Shown: positions 27,814 to 37,424, counted from the first letter of the stretch. The stretch: DNA of 46,988 bases from Solirubrobacterales bacterium (GCA_025964175.1 JAOPZL010000214.1:1-46988); one strand, 5' to 3'. The notes: generated from the sequence alone by a model not told the origin. Translations and numbers: made by a program.

Positions 27814-29869
27814 CACCAGCACCCTGAGGGTGGCGATCGACATCGGCGGCACGTTCACCGACTTCGTCGTCCTCGACGCGCAGACCGGCGCGCTGCGCGT
27901 CGGGAAGGTGCTGAGCACCCCGCACGACTCGGTCGAGGCGGTCATCACCGGGCTCGAGCGGCTCGACGTCGACCTCGACCGCGTCCGCTTCTTCGTCCAC
28001 GGCACGACCGTCGGGCTGAACGCGATCGTCCAGGGCCGCGGCGCCGAGGTCGCGCTGGTCACGACCAAGGGCTTCCGCGACGCGCTGGAGATCGGGCTGA
28101 TGGAGAAGAAGGAGATGTACGACCTCTTCTACCAGCGCCCCCAGCCGCTCGTCCCCCGCCGCCGCCGCTTCGAGCTCGACGAGCGCATCGACGGGTTCGG
28201 CCGCGAGCTGCGCCCTGTCGATCCCGACGAGGTCCGCCGGCTGGCGCAGGAGATCCGCGACAGCGGCGCCGAGGCCGTCGCGGTGGCCACCCTCAACGCC
28301 TACGTCGACCCCGCCCACGAGGCGATGATCGGGCGGATCCTGCAGCAGGAGCTGGGCGACGACGTCCTGGTCTCCGTCTCGCACGAGATCGCCAACGAGT
28401 GGCGCGAGTACGAGCGCACGAGTACGACCGTCCTCAACGCCTACGTGCTGCCGCTCTTCCAGCGCTACCTCAGCGTGGTGCGCGAGCGCCTCGCGGCGCG
28501 CGGGCTGCGCCACGAGGTCAACATCATGAAGTCCAGCGGCGGCATCATGAGCGCGGCCGCCGCCGCGGTGCGCCCGATCCACTCGCTGCTGTCGGGGCCG
28601 GTCGGCGGCGCCGTCGGCGCGCAGGCGCTGTCGCGCCGCGACGACGGCTCGGGCACGCACCGCCTGCGCAACCTGGTCACCGCGGACATGGGCGGCACGA
28701 GCTTCGACGCCGCCCTGATCGTCGACGGCGCGATCGAGATCGACAGCCGTGCCGATGCGCACGGCCATCCGATGCTCGTCCCCACCGTCCGGGTCAACGC
28801 GATCGGCGCCGGCGGCGGCTCGATCGCCCGCGTCGAGGGGTCCACCGGCCTGCGGGTCGGACCGGAGAGCGCCGGGGCCGCCCCCGGACCCGTCTGCTAC
28901 GGCCAGGGCGGCGTCGAGCCGACGGTCACCGACGCCAACCTCGTCCTCGGGCGGCTGGACCCGGCCGGCGTCCTCGGCGACGCGATCGCCCTCGACGTCG
29001 AGGCCGCGACGCGCGCCATCGAGGAGCGGATCGCCCGGCCGCTCGGGCTCACCGTGCCCGAGGCGGCCGAGGGGATCCTGCGCGTGATCAACACCAAGAT
29101 GGCGCTGGCCATCCGCGAGCTGACCGTGGCCCAGGGTCTGGATCCCGCCGACTTCGCGATGGTCGCCTACGGCGGCGCCGGTCCGATGCACGCCGCCGAG
29201 ATCTGCGACGAGATCGGGATCGCCACGGTCATCGTGCCGCCGGCGCCGGGGATGTTCTCGGCCTGGGGCATGCTCGCCGCCGACGTCCGCCACGATCTGG
29301 CGCGGACCTCGATCGCCCGCGCCGACGACCTCGACCCGGCGGTGCTCGCCGCCGCCTTTGCGCAGCTGCGCGACGAGGGCCGCGCGGCGCTGCGCGAGCA
29401 GCAGGTGCTCGACGAGGAGACGTCGTTCGTGCACGCGCTGGACCTGCGCTACGTCGGCCAGGAGCACACCCTCGCCGTGACGGTGGCCGGGGACGTCGAT
29501 CCCGCGGAGCTGAAGCCGCTGTTCGATGCCGCCTACCAGCGCAAGTACGGCCACCACGCCGCCGAGAGCCCGGTCGAGATGGTCAGCTTCCGCGTGGCCG
29601 CGATCGGCTCGGTCACCAAGCCGGCGCCGCCCGAGCTGTCCGACGGCGCGCCCGCCGGCGCCACCGCGCTGGCGCAGCGCCCGGTGCGCTTCGACGGCCG
29701 CTTCCACGACACGCCGGTCCACCGCCGCCGCGACCTCGGTCGCGACACCGCCCTGCGCGGACCGCTGATCATCGACGACGACGGCTCGACCACCATCGTG
29801 CCGCCGTGGTTCGACGTCTCGGTCGACGCCACCGCCAACCTCGTCCTCACCGCCAACCGCGGCTCCTGA
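27803..29869 (+). CDS. Hydantoinase A / oxoprolinase ATP-binding subunit (A3)
   Basis: DIGGTFTD, HGTTVGLN, REYERTST, DMGGTSFD and GPESAGAAPGPVCY motifs; RBS GAGGAGG. Confidence 0.95.
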   Translation: MDRDTSTLRVAIDIGGTFTDFVVLDAQTGALRVGKVLSTPHDSVEAVITGLERLDVDLDRVRFFVHGTTVGLNAIVQGRGAEVALVTTKGFRDALEIGLMEKKEMYDLFYQRPQPLVPRRRRFELDERIDGFGRELRPVDPDEVRRLAQEIRDSGAEAVAVATLNAYVDPAHEAMIGRILQQELGDDVLVSVSHEIANEWREYERTSTTVLNAYVLPLFQRYLSVVRERLAARGLRHEVNIMKSSGGIMSAAAAAVRPIHSLLSGPVGGAVGAQALSRRDDGSGTHRLRNLVTADMGGTSFDAALIVDGAIEIDSRADAHGHPMLVPTVRVNAIGAGGGSIARVEGSTGLRVGPESAGAAPGPVCYGQGGVEPTVTDANLVLGRLDPAGVLGDAIALDVEAATRAIEERIARPLGLTVPEAAEGILRVINTKMALAIRELTVAQGLDPADFAMVAYGGAGPMHAAEICDEIGIATVIVPPAPGMFSAWGMLAADVRHDLARTSIARADDLDPAVLAAAFAQLRDEGRAALREQQVLDEETSFVHALDLRYVGQEHTLAVTVAGDVDPAELKPLFDAAYQRKYGHHAAESPVEMVSFRVAAIGSVTKPAPPELSDGAPAGATALAQRPVRFDGRFHDTPVHRRRDLGRDTALRGPLIIDDDGSTTIVPPWFDVSVDATANLVLTANRGS

Positions 29870-29880
29870 GAGGGACCATC

Positions 29881-31629
29881 ATGGCTACCGACAGCCACCG
29901 CCAGGTGCCGATCGTCGCGGAGATCGTCCGCAACGCGCTCGTCTCGGTCACCAACGAGATGAAGATCGACCTGATGCGGTCGTCCTACAACCCGATCATC
30001 TACGAGATGCTCGACTTCAGCGTCGGGCTCTTCAACGAGCACGCCGAGACGCTGGCCCAGGCCGCCGGGCTGCCGCAGTTCCTGTGCGACATGCCCAACG
30101 CGATCCGCTCGATCCTCGACGACGTCGGCGGGGTCGCGGCGATGAGCGAGGGCGACGTCTACCTGACCAACGACCCGTACACGAGCTCGTTCCACCTCAA
30201 CGACGTGACCGTCGTGCAGCCGGTCTTCTACGACGGCCAGGTCATCGCCTTCGCCGGCGCGCGGGCCCACTGGCACGACATGGGCGGCAAGTCCGCCGGG
30301 GGCAGCAGCGACGCCACCAACGTCTACCAGGAGGGGCTGTTCCTGCGGTCGATCAAGCTCTCCAGCGCGGGCGTGGTCGACGAGAACGTGATCCGCATCA
30401 TCCAGGGCAACTCGCGGCTGCCCGACTCGGTGATCGGCGATCTCAACGCCCAGGTCGGCTCCTGCCACACCGGCGTCGCGCGCCTGCGCTCGCTGATCGA
30501 CCGCCACGGGCTCGACGTCTTCCGCCGCTGCGTCGACCTGCTCATCGCCCAGGGCGAGGAGCAGGCCCGCGCCGCGGTGCGCGAGATGCCCGACGGGGAG
30601 TACCACGCGGAGGGCTTCGTCGACAACGACGGGGTCGACCTGGACCGCCCGCTGCGGGTGGCGGTCACGGTCCGCGTGCGCGGAGACGAGATCGAGTTCG
30701 ACCTCACCGGGACCGACGGTCCGTGCCGGGGGCCGCTGAACGCCAACCGCCACATCACGCACTCCGAGCTCAGCCTCGCGTTCAAGACGCTGACCACCCC
30801 CAACGAGCCGGCCAACGCCGGTCACTTCCGGCCGATGAGCGTGATCGTCCCGGAGGGCTGCCTGCTCGACGCGCAGCGTCCGAGCCCGACGTTGTGGGCC
30901 TTCGTGCCGCTGGAGCTGCTCATCGACCTGGTCCGCAAGGCGCTCGCCCCGGCCATCCCGCAACGCGTCACCGCCGCCGACTACGGGCGCTGCGCGGTGA
31001 TGCACATGGCCGGTCGCAGCCCGCGCGACGGGTCGTTCATCATCATCGCCGACACCGAGGGAGGCGGCTGGGGCGCGAAGCCGTTCGCCGACGGCGAGAA
31101 CGCGCTGCTCTTCGGCGACATCCGCGTCATCCCGGCCGAGGTGCTCGAGCACAAGTACCCCGTCGTCCTCGAGCGCTTCCAGCTGCGCGCGGACTCCGGC
31201 GGCGCGGGCCAGTTCCGTGGCGGGTTGGGGATCGTCAAGGACTACCGCTGCACCGACGAGCTCGAGCTGCTCAGCGGCTACGACCGCCATGACTGCCCTC
31301 CGTGGGGGCTGTTCGGCGGCGGCGAGGGGGCGCCCAACACGATCGTGGTGACCCGGGCCGACGGCGACGTGGACGAGTTCCGCAAGGCCACCGAGTACGG
31401 GCTGCGCGCCGGCGACGTGGTCAGCTTCCGCACCGGCGGAGGCGGCGGATACGGCGACCCGCTGGCGCGCGATCCCGAGCGCGTGCTCGCCGACGTGGTC
31501 GACGGCTACGTCTCGGCGGCGACGGCCGAGGAGGCCTACGGCGTCGTCCTCACCGAGGACGGCCGCGGCGTGGACGCCGACCAGACGCAGCGCGGCCGCG
31601 CACGCCGGACGAGCGCGACCGCCGGGTGA
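29881..31629 (+). CDS. Hydantoinase B / oxoprolinase subunit (B4), paralogue of B2
   Basis: EMKIDL, SYNPII, NDPYTSSFHLND, AHWHDMGG, ADTEGGGWGAKP and GGGGYGDPLARDP motifs; 582 aa. Confidence 0.95.
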   Translation: MATDSHRQVPIVAEIVRNALVSVTNEMKIDLMRSSYNPIIYEMLDFSVGLFNEHAETLAQAAGLPQFLCDMPNAIRSILDDVGGVAAMSEGDVYLTNDPYTSSFHLNDVTVVQPVFYDGQVIAFAGARAHWHDMGGKSAGGSSDATNVYQEGLFLRSIKLSSAGVVDENVIRIIQGNSRLPDSVIGDLNAQVGSCHTGVARLRSLIDRHGLDVFRRCVDLLIAQGEEQARAAVREMPDGEYHAEGFVDNDGVDLDRPLRVAVTVRVRGDEIEFDLTGTDGPCRGPLNANRHITHSELSLAFKTLTTPNEPANAGHFRPMSVIVPEGCLLDAQRPSPTLWAFVPLELLIDLVRKALAPAIPQRVTAADYGRCAVMHMAGRSPRDGSFIIIADTEGGGWGAKPFADGENALLFGDIRVIPAEVLEHKYPVVLERFQLRADSGGAGQFRGGLGIVKDYRCTDELELLSGYDRHDCPPWGLFGGGEGAPNTIVVTRADGDVDEFRKATEYGLRAGDVVSFRTGGGGGYGDPLARDPERVLADVVDGYVSAATAEEAYGVVLTEDGRGVDADQTQRGRARRTSATAG

Positions 31630-32933
31630 GCGCCCAGCGGGTCGTCGTCGTCGGTGGCGGCGTGGCCGGGCTGTCGGCGGCGTACTCGCTGCGCCGCCGC
31701 GGGGCCGAGGTCACCGTCCTGGAGAGCAACCGGCTCGGGAGCGGGGCGTCGGCGGGCAACGCCGGCTGGCTGTGCCCGGCCCAGGCCGGGCCGCTGCCCG
31801 AGCCCGGGCTCGCCGCCGACGGCGTGCGCTCCCTGCTGCAGCGCGACTCCGCGCTGTACTTCGCGCCGGCCAGCGTGCCGCGCATGCTCGGCTGGCTGGC
31901 CGGGTTCGCCAGCCACTGCAACGCGCGTGACCATCGCCACGGGACCGAGGCGCTCGCGCGGCTGGGCCGCCGGGCCTTCGAGCTGATCGACCGCTGGATC
32001 GACGACGGCGTCGACGTTCCCCTGCAGCGCACGGGCCTGCTCGTCTGCGCGCGCGAGCGCGACGGCGCGCAGCGCTTCCTGGACGCCCTGCAGCCGATGC
32101 GGGCGCTGGGCCACACACTGCCCGAGCGCGTCCTGGAGGCCGGGGAGCTGCACGAGCAGGAGCCGATCCTGGCCGACGTCGTGCGGGCGGGCCTGCTCGT
32201 CGAGGAGCACCGCCACGTGCACCCGCCGACCCTGATGGCCGCGCTGTCGCAGCGGCTTGCGGCGATGGGGGTCACGCTGGAGCAGGGAGCCGAGGTGCTC
32301 GGCCTCGAGGTCGACGGCGGCCGTGTGCGGGCGCTGCGCAGCACCGCCGGCTCTGTGGACTGCGACGCGGTGGTCCTCGCTGCGGGTGCGTGGACGCCGC
32401 GACTGACCCGCGAGCTGGGCGTGCGGCTGCCGGTGGCGCCGGGGAAGGGCTACAGCTTCGAGGTGCGCGGCGGCCCGATGCCGCGGCGCGCGCTGCTGCT
32501 GCTCGAGCCGCACGTGGCCTGCAGCCCGCTGGGCGACCGCCTGCGCGTGGCGGGGACGATGGAGTTCAGCGGCGTCAACGCCCGCCTGGACCAGCGCCGC
32601 GTCGCCACGATGGTGCGCGGCGTCGGCGGGATGGTCCGCGACTTCGCGCCGCCCGAGCTGGAGCAGGTGTGGACGGGCATGCGGCCGATCGCGCCGGACG
32701 GGCTGCCGATCATCGACCGCTGCCCGCGCCACGAGAACCTGTACCTGGCCACGGCCTACTCGATGCTCGGCATGACGATCGCGGCACCGGCGGGCGATGC
32801 CCTCGCGGAGCTGATCATGACGGGGCGCCGGCCGCCCGAGCTCGAGCCCTTCCGCGCGGCCCGCTTCCCGCGGCTGTGGCAGACGGGCGCTCGCCGGATC
32901 GCCCGCCGCCCCGTCGGAGGCGCCATGGGCTGA
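31626..32933 (+). CDS. FAD-dependent D-amino acid dehydrogenase/oxidase (DadA/DAO family)
   Basis: GTGA overlap with B4. VVVVGGGVAG Rossmann motif, ASAGNAG, PGKGYS and WTGMRP..DGLPII; 435 aa. Confidence 0.9.
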   Translation: MSAQRVVVVGGGVAGLSAAYSLRRRGAEVTVLESNRLGSGASAGNAGWLCPAQAGPLPEPGLAADGVRSLLQRDSALYFAPASVPRMLGWLAGFASHCNARDHRHGTEALARLGRRAFELIDRWIDDGVDVPLQRTGLLVCARERDGAQRFLDALQPMRALGHTLPERVLEAGELHEQEPILADVVRAGLLVEEHRHVHPPTLMAALSQRLAAMGVTLEQGAEVLGLEVDGGRVRALRSTAGSVDCDAVVLAAGAWTPRLTRELGVRLPVAPGKGYSFEVRGGPMPRRALLLLEPHVACSPLGDRLRVAGTMEFSGVNARLDQRRVATMVRGVGGMVRDFAPPELEQVWTGMRPIAPDGLPIIDRCPRHENLYLATAYSMLGMTIAAPAGDALAELIMTGRRPPELEPFRAARFPRLWQTGARRIARRPVGGAMG

Positions 32934-32935
32934 AT

Positions 32936-32950
32936 ACTTTCTATATTCTG
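32936..32950. promoter_or_regulatory. Candidate operator, motif B (reverse complement CAGAATATAGAAAGT), upstream of the FAH gene
   Basis: AT-rich patch ACTTTCTATATTCTG; its reverse complement shares CAGAATATAG with 33975-33984. Confidence 0.6.
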
Positions 32951-32975
32951 CAGGGCAAGCCAACGAAGGAGTGAG

Positions 32976-33971
32976 ATGAAGCTTGCCCGCATGTGCGCCG
33001 CCGGTCCCGACGGCGCAGAGGCCCGGATCCTCGTCGCCGACGATCCGGACGCCGGTTGGTTCGACGTGCGTCAGGCGGAGCGGCTGCGGCTGCAGCGGCG
33101 GGGAGCCACTCCCGCGGCGGCGCGGACGATCGCATCGGCGATCGTGCCTTCCAGCATGGCCGCGGCCCTCGGTGGCGGCGATGCGTTCCTGGACGCCGCG
33201 CGGGGCGCGCTGGAGGATCCCTCGGGCGATGCGCGCGTGGATGGGGCGCCGGCCCTCACGAACGCGCTCGACCCGAGCGCGTATCGGGACTTCATGGCCT
33301 TCGACCGGCACTTCTCCACCGGGTACAAGCTCCTCGGCCGCGAGGTCCCCGACGTCCTCTACGAGCTGCCCGTCTCGTACTTCGGCAACCCGCTCGCGTT
33401 CTTCGGCCCCGAGGACACGGTGCCGTGGCCGCACTACACGCGCCGCATGGACTACGAGCTCGAGCTGGGCATCGTCATCGGCCGCTGCGGCGCCAACCTG
33501 ACGCCCGACGAGGCGCTCGACCACGTCGTCGGGCTGACCATCCTCAACGACTTCAGCGCCCGCGACATCCAGGGGCGCGAGATGCAGGGCGGGCTGGGGC
33601 CGTCGAAGGGCAAGCACTTCGGGTGCGCCACCGGCCCGTGGATCGCCACGCTCGACGAGCTGGACCCGCACGCGCTGCGCATGCGGGCGCGGGTCAACGG
33701 CGAGACGCTCTGCGATGCCCCCAGCTCCGAGGCGATCTGGTCGCTGGGCGAGCTCGTGGCGTTCGCCTCCCAGGGCGAGCGGGTCCAGCCCGGGATGCTG
33801 CTGGGCAGCGGGACCTGCAACGGCGGGTCGACCTTCGAGCTCGGCCGGCAGCTCGAGCCGGGCGACGTCGTCGAGCTCGAGATCGAGGGCCTGGGGGTCC
33901 TGCGCAACGTGCTCGGCCAGCCGCAGGAGGAGCGCTGGTGGCCCACGGCCAAGACCGCGACCGGGAGTTGA
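32976..33971 (+). CDS. Fumarylacetoacetate hydrolase (FAH) family protein
   Basis: RDFMAFDRH, DYELELG, NDFSARDIQ, KGKHF, GPW and GSGT motifs; RBS AAGGAG. Confidence 0.92.
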   Translation: MKLARMCAAGPDGAEARILVADDPDAGWFDVRQAERLRLQRRGATPAAARTIASAIVPSSMAAALGGGDAFLDAARGALEDPSGDARVDGAPALTNALDPSAYRDFMAFDRHFSTGYKLLGREVPDVLYELPVSYFGNPLAFFGPEDTVPWPHYTRRMDYELELGIVIGRCGANLTPDEALDHVVGLTILNDFSARDIQGREMQGGLGPSKGKHFGCATGPWIATLDELDPHALRMRARVNGETLCDAPSSEAIWSLGELVAFASQGERVQPGMLLGSGTCNGGSTFELGRQLEPGDVVELEIEGLGVLRNVLGQPQEERWWPTAKTATGS

Positions 33972-33998
33972 CAACAGAATATAGTTGGCAGAATATGG
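33968..33998 (+). promoter_or_regulatory. Internal promoter (TTGACA-N17-GAATAT) with tandem motif B copies CAGAATATAG / CAGAATATGG
   Basis: TTGACA is built on the FAH stop codon. The direct repeats lie at 33975-33984 and 33989-33998. Confidence 0.6.
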
Positions 33999-34024
33999 TG
34001 GTGCCAAACCCTCTAGGAGACGCC

Positions 34025-34783
34025 TTGCGCATCATCGATCTGTCGGCCCCCATCGTTCCGAGTCCGCCCGAGACCCCGGAGTTCCAGCGCAACGACGTCA
34101 CCTTCCTCGACCACGCCGCGGGCGCCGCGGAGATCGAGGCGATCTACGGCGTCCCGTCGGAGCTGCTGCGGGACGGCGAGGGCTGGACGCGCGAGACGAT
34201 CACGCTCGGAACGCACAACTCGACGCACGTCGACGCGCCGTACCACTACAACTCGCGGATCCAGGGAGAGCCGGCCCAGACGATCGACCAACTCCCGCTG
34301 GAGCGCTTCTTCGGACCCGGCGTGGTCGTCGACGTGACCGACCTGGAGGACGGGCAGGCGGTGACGGCCGAGCGGATGGCCGCCGGCATCGACGCCGCCG
34401 GGCACACGCTGCGGGACGGTGACATCGTCCTCATGCGCACCGATCGCGACCGCTTCTACGGGCAGGCCGACTACATCGACCGCGGGCCCGGCGTCACCGC
34501 CGAGGCGACGCGCTGGCTGTTTGACCACGGCGTGCGGGTCATGGGGATCGACGCGTGGGGCTGGGACCGGCCGCTGCGCATGCAGGCCGCCGACGCCCTG
34601 CGCGACCACGCGACCGAGGTCTTCTGGGAGGCCCACCAGGCCGACCTGCCCTACTCGCAGATCGAGCGGCTGGTCAACCTCTCGTCGCTGCCGGCCACCG
34701 GCTTCACCGTCGCCTGCTTCCCGCTGCGCATCCAGGGTGCCAGCGCCGCGCCGGCGCGCGTCGTCGCCCTGGTCGGGAGCTGA
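34025..34783 (+). CDS. Cyclase family metal-dependent hydrolase (kynurenine formamidase KynB-like)
   Basis: IIDLS, HNSTHVDAPYH (HxxTHxDAPxH), GIDAWGWD, IERLVNL and APARVVA motifs. TTG at 34025 follows RBS AGGAG; an alternative in-frame ATG lies at 33995. Confidence 0.9.
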   Translation: MRIIDLSAPIVPSPPETPEFQRNDVTFLDHAAGAAEIEAIYGVPSELLRDGEGWTRETITLGTHNSTHVDAPYHYNSRIQGEPAQTIDQLPLERFFGPGVVVDVTDLEDGQAVTAERMAAGIDAAGHTLRDGDIVLMRTDRDRFYGQADYIDRGPGVTAEATRWLFDHGVRVMGIDAWGWDRPLRMQAADALRDHATEVFWEAHQADLPYSQIERLVNLSSLPATGFTVACFPLRIQGASAAPARVVALVGS

Positions 34784-34786
34784 TCG

Positions 34787-35788
34787 GTGCCGAACGAGAA
34801 CGGGTCCCCGACCCTCATGCTGAACGGTGACGAGGTGCGCGCGTCGATCGACATGGCACGCCTGATCGAGGACCTCGGCGAGGGCCTGCGGAGCGAGGCG
34901 GCCGGCGGCGTCGACACCGTGCCGCGCATCAACCTCGCCAGCCGCGCCGGCTTCTTCCGCCTGATGCCCGCCGTCGTCGGAAGCCTCGACGTGATGGGCT
35001 TCAAGGTCTTCAACGGATCGGCCGCCGACGGCGTCCGCTACCTGATCGCCCTCTACCGCGCCTCGACCGGCGAGCTGCTGTCGCTGATGGACGCCAGCTA
35101 CCTGACCGCCGCGCGCACCGGGGCGACCACCGGGCTGGCCACCCAGACGATCCTCGGGGACCGCGACGTCGCCGACGTCGGCGTGATCGGCTCGGGCCTG
35201 GAGGCGCGGACCAACCTCGAGGCGGTCTGCTCCGTGCTGCCGATCCGCCGCGTTCGCGTCTTCAGCCCCAACCCCGCCCGGCGCGCGGCGTTCGCGACCG
35301 AGATGAGCGAGCAACTGGGCGTCGACGTCGCCGCCGTGGACAGCGCCGAGGAGGCGGCCGACGCCTCCGTCGTCGTCGTGGCGACCAACACCGGCGTGGA
35401 CTCCAACGTCGTCGCCCTGCGCGGCGCGTGGCTGCGCGACGACACGCACGTCAACTCGATCGGCTCGACCATGCCGGGCCTGCGCGAGATCGACAGCGAC
35501 ACGTTCGCCCGGGCCGGATCGGTGGTCGTCGACACCGACCACGTGCGGGCCGAGTCCGGTGACGTGCTCGCCGCGATCGCCGACGGAGCCTGGATCGACG
35601 CGAAGGTCCGCTGCCTGCCCGACGTCCTCGCCGACGGCGCCGCGGTGCGCAACGGCCACGGCGTCTCGGTCTTCAAGTCCGTCGGCACCGCGACCCAGGA
35701 CGTGGTCGCCGCGGCCTCGGTCTTCGCCGTCGCCCGCGCCGAGGGCCGGGGACGGTTCACGCGCGTGGTCGAGCCCAAGTTCTTCTGA
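34787..35788 (+). CDS. Ornithine cyclodeaminase / mu-crystallin family protein (imine reductase or deaminase)
   Basis: LMPA, LTAARTGA, GVIGSGLEA, HVNSIGS, REID and FKSVG motifs. Confidence 0.9.
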   Translation: MPNENGSPTLMLNGDEVRASIDMARLIEDLGEGLRSEAAGGVDTVPRINLASRAGFFRLMPAVVGSLDVMGFKVFNGSAADGVRYLIALYRASTGELLSLMDASYLTAARTGATTGLATQTILGDRDVADVGVIGSGLEARTNLEAVCSVLPIRRVRVFSPNPARRAAFATEMSEQLGVDVAAVDSAEEAADASVVVVATNTGVDSNVVALRGAWLRDDTHVNSIGSTMPGLREIDSDTFARAGSVVVDTDHVRAESGDVLAAIADGAWIDAKVRCLPDVLADGAAVRNGHGVSVFKSVGTATQDVVAAASVFAVARAEGRGRFTRVVEPKFF

Positions 35789-35817
35789 CGCCGCACCCTT
35801 CAACGAGGAGAGAAGCC

Positions 35818-37368
35818 ATGACCATCGACACCGACCAGCGCAACAGCGTGCGCCCGTTCACGGGCGAGGAGTACCTCGAGAGCCTGCGCGACGGCCGCGA
35901 GATCTGGATCTACGGAGAGCGCGTCAAGGACGTCACGACCCATCCCGCGTTCCGCAACAGCGCCCGCTCGATGGCGCGCATGTACGACGCGCTGCACGAC
36001 CCGGCCAACAGCGGCGTGCTGACCGTCCCGACCGACACCGGCAACGGCGGATTCACGCACCCCTTCTTCAAGACGCCCTACTCGCGCGAGGACCTCGCCT
36101 CCGCGCGGGACGCGATCACCCGCTGGCAGGAGATGGTCTACGGCTGGATGGGCCGGTCCCCCGACTACAAGGCCTCGTTCATCGGCGCGCTCGGCGCCAA
36201 CGAGGACTACTACTCGCCCTTCCAGGAGAACGCCCGGCGCTGGTACAAGGAAGGCCAGGAGCGCGTCCTCTACCTCAACCACGCCATCGTCCACCCGCCG
36301 GTCGACCGCCACCGCGCGCCGGACGACGTCTCCGACGTCTACGTCCACGTCGTCGACGAGACCGACAACGGCCTCGTGGTCAGCGGCGCCAAGGTCGTCG
36401 CCACCAACAGCGCCCTGACGCACTACAACTTCATCGCCCACATCGGCACGCCGGTGAAGGGCAAGGAGTTCGGCGCGGTCTTCCTGGCGCCGATGGACAC
36501 GCCGGGCGTCAAGCTGCTCGCGCGTCACTCCTACGAGTTCCAGGCCGCGCACGCCGGCAGCCCGTTCGACTTCCCGCTCTCCAGCCGGCTGGACGAGAAC
36601 GACTCGATCATCATCTTCGACCGCGCCCTGATCCCGTGGGAGAACGTCCTCCTCTACGACGCGGAGCGCTCCAACCAGTTCATGGCCGAGTCGGGCATGC
36701 TCGAGCGCGGCGCCTTCCAGGGCGTCGTCCGCCTCACGGTCAAGCTGGGCTTCTTCGCCGGGCTGCTGCACAAGGCCGTCCAGCTCAACGGCAGCGACAA
36801 GAACCCGGCGACCCAGCAGGCGGTGGGCGAGCTGCTGATGTGGCGCAACCTGTTCGCCGGCATCGCCGACGGCATGATCCAGGGCGCCGAGCCGTGGCAC
36901 AACGGCGCGGTCCAGCCGAACACGGCCTACGGCCTCTCGTACCTGATCATGGGACCGCAGGCCTACCTGCGCATCAAGCAGATCGTCGAGGAGACGGTCG
37001 GCTCGAGCCTGATCTACCTGAACTCCAACGCCAAGGACTTCCAGAACCCGGAGATCCGGCCCTACCTGGACCAGTACCTGCGCGGCTCCTACGACCTGAC
37101 CGCGGTGGACCGCGTCAAGCTCATGAAGCTGTTCTGGGACGCGGTCGGCAGCGAGTTCGCCAGCCGTCACGAGCTCTACGAGATCAACTACGCCGCGTCC
37201 GGCGCGACCAACCGCATGCGCACGCTGTTCCAGGCCAAGCAGAGCGGGTTGCTGGACGAGTGCGCCGGCCTCGTCGAGAAGTGCATGTCGGAGTACAACC
37301 TCGACGGCTGGACCTCGCCGGACTTCATCGACAACTCCGACGTCAGCCTGTTCAGCGACCGCGGCTGA
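35818..37368 (+). CDS. 4-hydroxyphenylacetate 3-monooxygenase-type (group D) flavin monooxygenase, oxygenase component
   Basis: TGEEYLESLRDGRE, DVTTHPAF, GRSPDY, HAIVHPPVDR, SRLDENDS and RHELYE motifs; RBS GAGGAG. Confidence 0.93.
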   Translation: MTIDTDQRNSVRPFTGEEYLESLRDGREIWIYGERVKDVTTHPAFRNSARSMARMYDALHDPANSGVLTVPTDTGNGGFTHPFFKTPYSREDLASARDAITRWQEMVYGWMGRSPDYKASFIGALGANEDYYSPFQENARRWYKEGQERVLYLNHAIVHPPVDRHRAPDDVSDVYVHVVDETDNGLVVSGAKVVATNSALTHYNFIAHIGTPVKGKEFGAVFLAPMDTPGVKLLARHSYEFQAAHAGSPFDFPLSSRLDENDSIIIFDRALIPWENVLLYDAERSNQFMAESGMLERGAFQGVVRLTVKLGFFAGLLHKAVQLNGSDKNPATQQAVGELLMWRNLFAGIADGMIQGAEPWHNGAVQPNTAYGLSYLIMGPQAYLRIKQIVEETVGSSLIYLNSNAKDFQNPEIRPYLDQYLRGSYDLTAVDRVKLMKLFWDAVGSEFASRHELYEINYAASGATNRMRTLFQAKQSGLLDECAGLVEKCMSEYNLDGWTSPDFIDNSDVSLFSDRG

Positions 37369-37375
37369 GGCGCGT

Positions 37376-37406
37376 CGTCCCGGGCCGCCCGCGGCGGCCC
37401 GGGACG
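37376..37406. terminator. 14-bp perfect hairpin between convergent genes
   Basis: CGTCCCGGGCCGCC-CGC-GGCGGCCCGGGACG. Confidence 0.7.
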
Positions 37407-37424
37407 CGGGACATCCGGTCGGCG

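Noticed and set aside
28399-29880. Apparent 1076-aa fused hydantoinase B (ORF 28399-31629)
   Set aside because: The N-terminal 494 codons are an off-frame overlap with A3, and the real start is ATG 29881. The same applies to the extended ORFs starting at 17007, 23600, 31302, 32993 and 41762.
11961-31629. Calling the subunits acetone/acetophenone carboxylase, or giving hyuA/hyuB/oplA symbols
   Set aside because: No recognisable AcxC/Apc small subunit is present, and motifs alone cannot separate the family's activities. The calls were left at family level.
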